From: Prorocentrum cordatum
Lineage: Eukaryota
DNA: 56,562 bases
Reading direction: 5' to 3'
Assembly (NCBI GenBank): GCA_963575745.1
Contig: CAUYUJ010000086.1
Location: 62,001-118,562 of the forward strand
Shown here: positions 27,250 through 36,058 of the stretch, piece after piece
How the letters are laid out: each line of letters begins with the position of its first letter
Position numbering within the stretch: the first letter of the stretch is position 1
Position numbers and translations under genes: made by a program
The notes under the pieces: generated by a model
What the model saw: the letters and a program-made list of their open reading frames with translations, nothing else
Database searches by the model: none
What the model was told of the DNA's origin: nothing

Positions 27250-28432
27250 CTATGCGGTATATGCAACCCATGCGATGTATGCGACCTATGCGATCTATGC
27301 GATCTATGCGATCTATGCGATCTATGCGACCTATGCGATCTACGCGATCTATGCGACCTAGGCGATCTATGCGACCTAGGTCGCCATCTGGGCGATCTTT
27401 GCGACCTATGCGATCTATGCGGTCTATGCGACCTATGCGACCTATGCTAGCTATGCGACCTAGGTCGCCACCTGTGCGACCTATGCGATCTATGCGACCT
27501 ATGCGATCTAAGCAATCTATGCAATCTGTGCGACCTAGGTCGCCACCTGTGCGATCTTTGCGACCTATGCGATCTATGCGATCTATGCGATCTAGGTCGC
27601 CGCCTGTGCGATCTATGCGACCTATGCGATCTATGCGTTCTATGCGACCTAGGTCGCCGCCTGTGCGATCTATGCGACCTATGCGATCTATGCGATCTAT
27701 GCGACCTAGGTCTCCCCCCCCCCCCCCCCCCCCAAAAAAACAAAAAATTGGGCCTAGGTTCGCATAGATCGCTGTTCGACATAGGTCGCAATAGGTGTAC
27801 GCCTAGTCGCCATTAGATCGGCATAGATCGCATAGGTCGCAAAGGTGCCGACTAGGTCGCCCACCATGCGACCTATGCGATCTATGCGATCCTATGCGAC
27901 TAGGTCGCCGCCTGGCGTCTATGCGATTCATTGCGATCTATGCGACCTCGCCCAGAGCGACTAGTCGCAGAGCATGGGCGAGATCGCCAATAGGTGGAAT
28001 AGATCGCACAGGCGGCGACCTAGGTCGCATAGATCGCATAGACCGCATAGGTCGCATAGATCGCACAGGCGGCGACCTAGGCGACCTAGGTCGCATAGAT
28101 CGCATAGATCGCATAGATCGCATAGATCGCATAGGTCGCATAGGTCGCATAGGTCGCATAGGTCGCATAGATCGCATAGGTCGCATAGGTGGCGACATAG
28201 GCCGCATAGATCGCATAGATCGCATAGGTCACATAGATCGCATAGGTCGCATAGATCGCATAGGTCGCATAGATCGCATAGACCGCATAGATCGCATAGA
28301 TCGCACAGGTGGCGACCTAGATCGCATAGATCGCATAGATCGCATAGATCGCATATCTAGGCCCCCCAGGCGCCCTAGATCCCCAGATCGCTGGATCGCG
28401 GTCCTGAGCGCCTTGCCTTTTCCCTTCCGAAC
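27250..28432 (-). other. Predicted 1,183-nt phase-0 GT-AG intron filled with an inverted (fold-back) 9-bp minisatellite
   Basis: Donor CGG|GTTCGG at 28432 and acceptor CATAG|ATC at 27250. Splicing gives HKRQPPRVR-IMWSPPSGGNGKS in frame. TATGCGATC/TATGCGACC arrays at 27250-27710 face their reverse complements at 27980-28355. Confidence 0.7.
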
Positions 28433-29452
28433 CCGCACGCGAGGTGGCTGCCGCTTGTGCATGAGGGCCAGCGCCTCGCCAAGGACTTCGATCTCCTTTG
28501 GTTCGACGTCGTCCCCGTACAGGGTGGCCATCATGAGGTCGTACCTGTCCACGTCGGCCGCGGGCGGCTTGTACTTGATGGATAAGTCCATGTGCGCGTA
28601 GCAGTTGACCTCGGGGGCTTTCTTGATCTCCCTTGCTGCCTGGCCAGGCTGGATCTTCAAGCACTTGTCCTTGAACGCCAACGTGGGCTCCGCTTGCTTC
28701 GGCTGGTCGCACCACTTGCAGACTGTCTTGAGGATGTTGACGTTGTTCCCAGTAGTGAGAAACCTGTTCAAACTTTCCCGGAGCATCTTGCGCGCGATCG
28801 AGAAGCTCTCATCGGGGTCGTCGTCCACGTCGGCCTGCGTCGCCGCGGCAGGGCTCGTGTAGTCAAGGAGCCACCCCTCGTCCCAAGACGGTCGCTTCAC
28901 GTTTTTGTCCTTGCTCATGCGAAGGAGGATCGCGTCCGCTCGGTTCACCGCGTGCTCCAGGCGTAGGGCCTGCTGGACGTTCATCGCGGCGGTGTACCGA
29001 AATGCTCCGTTGTGGTACCGATGCGCCTGCCCGTCATGCGCGCGCCACGGGCTCCTCGGCCCGCCGAAGACAGCCATGAACACGCGCAGGAGGAAGAGGT
29101 CGTGGACGCGGGCGCCGCCCCGTTCCATCTCGTCGACCTGGGTCTTCACGACGCATAGCTCGTCATACTTGTCCCCGAGGCGCTCCGCGTTTTTTTCCAC
29201 CAGCTTCTTCACGGCAGCGTGCGTCTTCGCGACCTGATCGTTCAACGACATATTGTCGTCGCCCATGTCGACGTCGTCGGCCACCGCCGTGAAGCGGCCC
29301 GCGAAAGCGCTTGAACTTCGGCCGAACTTCTGGAAGACGCTCTCCTTGTACTTGCCCGGAGAGAACACTGCGGATGAAGTGGGCGCGGGAGTCGACCGCG
29401 GGCTCGGCCGCGGGCTGCGGCTCCGACCCCGATCTCCCTCGTCCCAGGACAT
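28433..29452 (-). CDS. Exon 1 of the fusion: RS-rich N-terminus and D5_N-like domain
   Basis: Likely ATG at 29452 (MSWDEGDRGRSRSP). EPTLAFKDKCLKIQPGQAAREIKKAPEVNCY resembles the D5_N pattern LAF.NG..DL.TG..R...P..Y and directly precedes the SF3 Walker A after splicing. Confidence 0.65.
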
Positions 29453-29619
29453 CCCCGAACGCGTTCTAGCTGGCACCGCGAGCGGCGGGCGCTCGCTCTC
29501 CCTCCCCGAAGGGCGCGACGAGCACGCTCTGGGGCCACTCTGCCGTCGAGCCGCAGCGGTTGCAGTGATGGTAGCGACGATGACGATGATATAGGAGCAT
29601 CTCGGGGGCCGCGGCCGTC

Positions 29620-30430
29620 TGTCGGGCCTCGAACAATCAAAAGACACGCAAACCAAACAGAAACGCTCTTGCCCACTATCAGGTTTCTGACCCCGAAAAA
29701 GGCTTAGTGGGCAAGACCGTTTTTTGGGTGTTTGTGGGCTGGGCCCCTGGGCTTTCTTTCGGCAAAGTTATTGTTTGCTATGGTCGCGCTAATTAATCGC
29801 CGCGGCAGTCAATCGGGCCTCGAGAAACATTGGGCGCGGCCAAAACAAGCCGAAACGCTCTTGCCCACTATCAGGTTTCTGACACCAAAAAAGACTTAGT
29901 GGGCAAGAGCGTTTTTTGGGTGTTTTTGGGCTGGGCCCCTGGGCTTTCTTTCGGCAAAGTTATTGTTTGCTATGGTCGTGCTACTTAATCGCCGCATCAG
30001 GTTTCTGACCCCAAAAAAGACTTAGTGGGCAAGAGCGTTTTTTTGGGTGTTTTTGGGCTGGGCCCCTGGGCTTTCTTTCGGCCAAGTTATTGTTTGCTAT
30101 GATCGTGCTACTTAATCGCCGCGGCAGTCAGTCGGGCCTCGACTGACATTGGGCGATGCCAAAACGAGCCAAAACGCTCTTACCCACTATCAAGTTTCCG
30201 ACCCCAAAAAAGCCCTAGTGGGCAAGAGCGTTTTTTTGTGCTCTTGGGCAGGGCCCCATAAGCTTTATCCTCGCAAAGTCGTCGTTTTCTGTGGCCGCGA
30301 TAATCAATCGCAACGGCCGTCAGTCGGGCCTCGAAGGACACTGGTAAAAACCCAAACACTCCGAAACGCTTTTGCCTGCTACCAGGTTTCTGGCCCCCCA
30401 AAAGCTATAGCGGGCAGGAATTGTTTTTCT
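29620..30430. repeat. ~191-bp tandem array (4-5 units, one internally deleted); each unit has an 18-bp inverted repeat
   Basis: tcgggcctcga at 29622, 29813, 30132 and 30324. Internal AAACGCTCTTGCCCACTA-N26-TAGTGGGCAAGAGCGTTT, perfect in unit 2. Confidence 0.9.
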
Positions 30431-30597
30431 GCGTGCAAAGCACTCTCATGCGAAGAAGGATCGCTCCCGCCAGGGCCACTCCGCCCTCCAGGCGCAGCGG
30501 CTGCTTGACAGACATCGCTGGACGTTCATCGTGGCGGTGCGCTTCCAAGCTCCATCGTGGTACCGATGCGCCTGCCCGCCATGTGCGCGCCACGAGC

Positions 30598-31728
30598 TCA
30601 GTCGTCGTTGTCGCTCCCGTGGTCGCCGTCCTCGGCGTCGCTGCCAGCCGCATTGCCCGCGTCGCCGCGCAGCTTGCGCAGGCGCCAGTACCGCTTGTGG
30701 AGGTTGTAGTGGAACGTGACGACCTTGGCTATCTCGCAGTACACGAACTGCAAGCCCGTGTCAGACATACCAAGAATGTGTTCCACGGCTTCGCATAGCT
30801 CCCTAGCCAGGGCCCGCTTCGCGCCGCGTGTCTTCTTGACCAACGCCTGGAGAGACTGCAAATCTTTCCGGAACAAGCGGCGCAGCTTTTGCATATTAGC
30901 GTGGGAGTCGTCGAACTGCTGCAACACATCCCCGAGCTGCGTGCTGCCCGTCCCGCTCTGCTTCCATGTCCCGTTGATGATGTTGACGCCCGCCAAGGCG
31001 CCGGGCCCCATGAGCGACCCGTGTTGCGAGCACCACCCGGGGCGGCGATAGTTGTTCGCGTAGGACTGCTCCAACAAGGAAAAGGCGTTCTTGCCCAAGA
31101 ACTTGCCGCACGCTCTTACAAGGTCTAATGACACTTCCAGGCGCGATGCGTTGTCAAAATTGATATCACCACTCAACTTGTCTCTGATTCTGTGCATGCG
31201 CTTGTTCGCCAGATCACGTTTGGTCCACGAATTGAACGCCTGCCGGTTGAAGGCGCCGGTGAAAAGCTCTTCGGGGTCAATATTGTTCACTAAAGTATGA
31301 GCAGCTTCCCAAAACTGATCGCCTGTCCAACCGTCGCCCGGCAGTTTCTTTAACAATTCCTTCAGAAAGACACGGACGTTGATCGTGGCACACACTGCGG
31401 CGGCCATCCGTCGTTCGAATGACTTCGCCCTGACTTTGTCTATGATGCGGAGACAGAGGACCGTCTGAGGGTCTGTGTATTCCTCGTTTATCTTGCAGTT
31501 CGTAAGGATTGCAGCTGCGGACCTGCGAACCCTTACATCGTGAGCCTCACCCTGCTGATTCATAACATGATATTTCACATACACATCTTGCAACAGATTG
31601 TGTTCTTCCAGGCTATCATAATACGCTGCTTGGGCGCGGCGGCCGCTTACCTCTTGCAGCGCCACAGAATGCCTGGCAGCAAACAGTCGCGCCACACCGA
31701 GAATCCCTGAACAGCGAAAGGTCGACAT
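30598..31728 (-). CDS. aGPT-Pplase / amino acid:DNA transferase-like (HhH-glycosylase-related, 5hmU-modification family) protein, 376 aa
   Basis: First ATG after the relict SL is at 31728. Colinear motifs NCKINEEYTDPQT, ELFTGAF, CGKFLGKN, MGPGALAGVNII and QFVYCEIAK recall the family pattern N..R..D..T / FTGAY / G.F / GPGA..G / Q..LCE..K. Confidence 0.55.
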   Translation of the reverse strand: MSTFRCSGILGVARLFAARHSVALQEVSGRRAQAAYYDSLEEHNLLQDVYVKYHVMNQQGEAHDVRVRRSAAAILTNCKINEEYTDPQTVLCLRIIDKVRAKSFERRMAAAVCATINVRVFLKELLKKLPGDGWTGDQFWEAAHTLVNNIDPEELFTGAFNRQAFNSWTKRDLANKRMHRIRDKLSGDINFDNASRLEVSLDLVRACGKFLGKNAFSLLEQSYANNYRRPGWCSQHGSLMGPGALAGVNIINGTWKQSGTGSTQLGDVLQQFDDSHANMQKLRRLFRKDLQSLQALVKKTRGAKRALARELCEAVEHILGMSDTGLQFVYCEIAKVVTFHYNLHKRYWRLRKLRGDAGNAAGSDAEDGDHGSDNDD

Positions 31729-31782
31729 GGCGCACCACTTGCAAAATGTATCGAGGATGTTGTTCCCAGTAGTAAGAAACCG

Positions 31783-31804
31783 CTTGAGCCAAAATGGAGA
31801 CGGA
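31783..31804 (-). other. Relict full-length dinoflagellate spliced leader
   Basis: Minus strand TCCGTCTCCATTTTGGCTCAAG matches DCCGTAGCCATTTTGGCTCAAG at 20/22, 54 nt upstream of the ATG at 31728. Confidence 0.9.
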
Positions 31805-32288
31805 GGTAACGATGATGACGACGATGCTGGCAAGCATACAGTCGAAGTTGATTGGACAGGACACCCGAGAGGACACAAGACTCTTCCGAGGACAACGCGG
31901 CCCTGAACAACCAGAAGACGCGCAGAGGACGTGGGACGGGATAGACAGGACACAAGGGCACCCTTCATCTGGCAGGGTCGACCTACTAATAAAATCCGAC
32001 TGTAACGCATCGGGCTTCAGAGCGGCACAGAGGAGCCCGGCAGATCTTCAAAGTGGCCCACACATCTAAGCAACCCCAGGTCTTGATGTCCCAAGAATGC
32101 TCCTACTCCTCCGATGTCATCGTCGTCGTCGTCTTCCTCCTCCTATTCCTCCTCCTTCCCTTCCTCCTCCGACTAACCCACCCTCCTCCCCCACCTAATC
32201 CACCTCCTCCTTCCCATCCTTTTCCTCCTCCTCCTCCTCCTCCTCCTCCCTCCTTCTCCTCTCCCTCTCCCCCCCCCCCCAGATAACA

Positions 32289-32363
32289 TAGATCCCTGGA
32301 TCGCCTAGGTGGCCTAGGCGGATCTCATTGGCCAAATGGTCCGGGATCAAGGTTCCATACGGG
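32289..32363 (-). repeat. Right terminal inverted repeat (imperfect)
   Basis: The reverse complement aligns to 21938-22010. Confidence 0.6.
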
Positions 32364-32371
32364 GACCTGTC

Positions 32372-34310
32372 ACGCCCCATTTTGGGGCCGGCCCTCCCTC
32401 CGCTCCAACCACTCCGCCCTCGCGGAGCGCCGGGGGGGGGAGGGGGGAGGGGGGAAGGGGGGCGCGCGGACGGCGGCACCACACCGCGCGCGAACGCGCA
32501 CACGCACATGCGCAGACGAACACAGACGCAGGATAGCAAACAGGCAGTCACACAAGCAAGCACACGCACATAGGCACGCACACACGGAGACACACAGACT
32601 AATACACAAGAGTACACACGTACGCCAGCTTGTTCCACACACATGCGCACATACACACACATACACACACACACGCACACACACACACACATCCACACGC
32701 GAACGTCCACACACACGCGCAAACGCGAACACACAAACACACATACATACACAAGAACACACATACGCCAGCATGCTCCACACACACACGCACAAATACA
32801 CACACACGCACACAGACACACATCCACACGCAAAGGTCAAAACACACGCGCAAACGCGCACACACAAACACACAACATATCACACACGCACACACGGACA
32901 CGCACACGCACGCGGATCACAAGAGCACATACACACACGGGGGGCACGGGGCGCCCCCGCCCTCCCCGCCGGCGCTCCAGAGGGGGGAGGCACCGCCCCA
33001 TTCTGTGGCCCGCCCTTCCTCCACTCCAACCACTCCGCCCTCGCGGAGCGCCCGAGGGGGACGAGGGGGGAGGAGGGGGCGCGCGGACGGCGGCACATGC
33101 GCAGACGAACACAGACGCAGGATAGCAAAGAACCAATCACACACGCATGCACACGCGCATAAGCACGCACACGCGTACACACACGGACAAACTCAAATCC
33201 ATACATACACAAGAGCACGCACGTACGCCAGCATGCTCCACACACACGCACACATACACACATACACACACGAGCGCACACACGTCCACACGCAAACGCA
33301 CACACACTCACACACACACACACGCGCATGTGCACCCAGACACACGCAGGGGCACACACACACACACACATACGGGACACACGCGCCCCCCCCCCACCCA
33401 CCCACCCACCCACCCCCACACACACACACATACACACACACGCACAAGCGCACACACAGACGCAATGGCGAACACCCACGGATAACCACGCACAGACGAC
33501 AACGTGGTGACTGACTCATTCCCCGACTGGTCAGCGCACTCTTCCACCGCGCCCCCAAGCCCCCCCCGCGCGCCCCCGCCCTCCCCGCCGGCGCTCCGGA
33601 GGGGGGAGGCACCGCCCCATTTTGGGGCCGGCCCTCCCTCCACTCCAGCCACTCCGCCCTCGCGGAGCGCCGGGGAGAGGGGTGGAGGGGGAGAGGGGGG
33701 GGGCAGGAAGGGGCGGGGGTGCCAGCGCCATGCGCCCACACACACACACACGCACGCACACGGGCACACACGCACTTTTCCTCAGGGAGCGCGCAGTGTC
33801 GCACACGTACGCAAGCAGGCTCCACACACACGCACACACACACACACACACATCCACACGCAAAGGTCGACACCCACGCGCAAACGCGCAAACACAAACA
33901 CACACCACATATCACACACACACACCGCGGACACACACACAAACACGCAAACACACCAGACAAACACAAACACACTGACACACACACAGATACACACACA
34001 CGCTCGAGCACACTCACATCCACACGCGCCCACTCTTACACACACACGAACAGACACGCGCACAAAAAGAGATACAAACAGAGATGCATACAGACACACA
34101 GACAAACACACACACACATACCCACGGACACACAGACAGACACACAGACAGACACACAAACAGAGCCACAAACACACAGACACAAAGACACCCACACACA
34201 CACTTACACACACGCCAGCAGACACACAGGCAAACACAAACACACGCCAGCGCACACACACTCACGCACTGACAAAACATCCTCATGCACACAGGCACAC
34301 AAGAACAAAC
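32372..34310. repeat. (CA)n-rich tract with three copies of a GC-rich ~100-bp unit
   Basis: ccccatt..ggcc..ccctcc.ctcca.ccactccgccctcgcggagcgcc at ~32375, ~32996 and ~33615, separated by CA microsatellite. Confidence 0.85.
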
Positions 34311-34741
34311 ATGCAAGACGGACGCGCCTACAGGGCGCCCGTGCCAACCTCCAGTGGCAGCCCAAGCGCCCGGTGCGCTTGAACGGCAGAGCTCTGTCAA
34401 CGGCACACCCAGGGCCGGCGAGCGCCGCTGCACACGAGGCGCAGCTCTCAGAGAGCCGCGTCCGACACCGCCACGATCGGTGGCTCGTCATCTCCGCCCC
34501 CGCGCAGGCGGCGCAACGTCTGTCGCAGCCTCTCCTCAGCCCACCTGCCAATTCCGACGGGCACGCCCTCCCGACGCGCCACGAAAGCTCCAACGACTTC
34601 GCCGATCAAGTCCTGCCGCGGGTTGTGCTCGGCGATGGCCAGGCGCTGCCGCCTCTCATCAGGATCCTCCTGCCGCGCGCGATCCTCCGCAGCAGCGGCA
34701 GCGATATCCCGCGTGCTCGCGCGGCTGCCACGCTCCCCGCG

Positions 34742-36058
34742 CTATTCGCCCGACGACAGGGCCGAAGCCGCACTGGGCGCGCCAGCCCCTCCAGCACCGT
34801 CGCCGCCCCCTGTCGGCGCCCTCGCGGCGACGCCATCGCTGGCGGGCACCTGGGCGGATCGCCCCTCCGCGGGCCCCCCCGCGGGCGCGCCACTCGCGCC
34901 AGCCTCGGCCGCGGGCGCCGCGCGCGGGGCCTTGCCTGCATGCCCTCCCCCCGGAGCCGCCTCTGCACGCGCCGCCCCCCCCCGCCCGCTTCCGCTGGCA
35001 GACCCAGCACCGGCTCGCGTGACGACCGCGGCCCGCCCCGCGCCCTCGCCAGTCGCGCCAGCCTCAGCCGCGGGCGCCGCACGCGGGGCCTTGCCTGCGT
35101 TCTTCTCCTTGAACACCTTCAACTTTCCCTCCGGGATGGGCCCGTCCACACGCCCATGCCAACCATCCTTGTGCTGCTGCTTGAAATTCTGCCCGCACAG
35201 ATCCCCGCATCCCTGCTTTGGCGCGCTCCGGCATTGCCCGCCAGCTCCGTCCGCCCAGGTACGAGCCATGCACTTCGCGGTGTCAATGTTTTCTGGCGTA
35301 AAGCGACGCCATTCGTCCCCCGCGAGCGACGCCCCCGCGCCTGGCTGGACTCCAGCAGGAGACGGGTCCGCGGACGGAACGCCAGCGGCCCTGCCAGCGT
35401 CGTCGTCCTCGTCGCCCGTGCTGCCCAGAGCCGGCGGGGACAGCCCGCGCTTCTTGCCCCTGCGCAATGGCTGCTGCGGCTGCCCCGAAGCGCCGGGGTC
35501 CCCGTCGCCAGCGCCAGGATCCCCGCCACCCGCCCGACGCCGCTTGCCCGGTGGCTCGCTCCCCGACGCCTGCTGCCCGGCGGGCGCACTCGGCGGCGCA
35601 GACGGCGCGGCAGGGGCGCTGGAAGCAGCGCCGCCGCCGCCATCGCCGCTCCCCGCAGACCCCGCCGCGCGCCCGCCTGCATGCCCGAGAGGCGCAGTCG
35701 GCGGAGCCGGCGGCGCCCCAGAGGGTCCCGCTCCACCGCTGCCGCTGGCGCCCCCCGGAGACCCCGCCGCCGCGCGCCCGCCGCCTCCGCCCCGCGGACC
35801 CGCCCTGCGCACATACGCAAACACATAGGCGACAACGTGCACCTGGTGGTCTCTGGCAATCTGCGCCCAAGTCCTGGGCTGAACAGCTTCGTCGTCGAAT
35901 TTGGCGTATTCGTTCACACCCACGGCTGCACACGCATAATAATGGCCGCTCTTCGCGCTTTCGCCCTGATGCACAACGACCCCAGAGAAATCGTACTCGC
36001 ACTCGGCATCCACAGGCCGCAGAATCTGAGGAAAGCGCACAGGGCGTCTGTCGTACAC
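34742..36058 (-). CDS. Polyprotein C-terminal piece: USP His-box, Cys/His finger, Ala/Gly-rich tail
   Basis: YDFSGVVVHQGESAKSGHYYA...FDDEAV (USP His box). CMARTW...GQC...C module. Joins the upstream ORF by adding one G at ~36058 (GAG GTG TAC). Confidence 0.8.
   Translation of the reverse strand: MYDRRPVRFPQILRPVDAECEYDFSGVVVHQGESAKSGHYYACAAVGVNEYAKFDDEAVQPRTWAQIARDHQVHVVAYVFAYVRRAGPRGGGGGRAAAGSPGGASGSGGAGPSGAPPAPPTAPLGHAGGRAAGSAGSGDGGGGAASSAPAAPSAPPSAPAGQQASGSEPPGKRRRAGGGDPGAGDGDPGASGQPQQPLRRGKKRGLSPPALGSTGDEDDDAGRAAGVPSADPSPAGVQPGAGASLAGDEWRRFTPENIDTAKCMARTWADGAGGQCRSAPKQGCGDLCGQNFKQQHKDGWHGRVDGPIPEGKLKVFKEKNAGKAPRAAPAAEAGATGEGAGRAAVVTRAGAGSASGSGRGGAARAEAAPGGGHAGKAPRAAPAAEAGASGAPAGGPAEGRSAQVPASDGVAARAPTGGGDGAGGAGAPSAASALSSGE

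Larger units (their letters stand above)
21938..32363 (-). mobile_element. TIR-bounded ~10.4-kb DNA transposon encoding a D5 helicase-TVpol-OTU-ZnF-MULE DDE fusion plus an aGPT-Pplase-like cargo gene (candidate self-synthesizing transposon, decayed copy)
   Basis: Imperfect terminal inverted repeats 21938-22010 and 32289-32363 (55/75 identical by manual alignment; ends CCCGT...ACGGG) enclose the genes listed below. No target-site duplication found. Confidence 0.6.

Noticed and set aside
27252..28601. ORFs reading MRSMRP / RIDRIG / HRSHRS
   Set aside because: Translations of the 9-bp minisatellite inside the predicted intron.
29620..30430. CRISPR-like appearance (palindromic repeats with spacers)
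   Set aside because: The inter-repeat sequence is itself repeated rather than unique, the unit is ~191 bp, there are no cas genes, and the context is eukaryotic.
31729..32010. N-terminal extension of the 470-aa ORF 30598..32010
   Set aside because: It reads through the SL relic; the first ATG downstream of the SL (31728) is the more plausible start.
32195..34433. His/Thr- and Cys/Val-rich ORFs
   Set aside because: Translations of (CA)n/(TG)n microsatellite.
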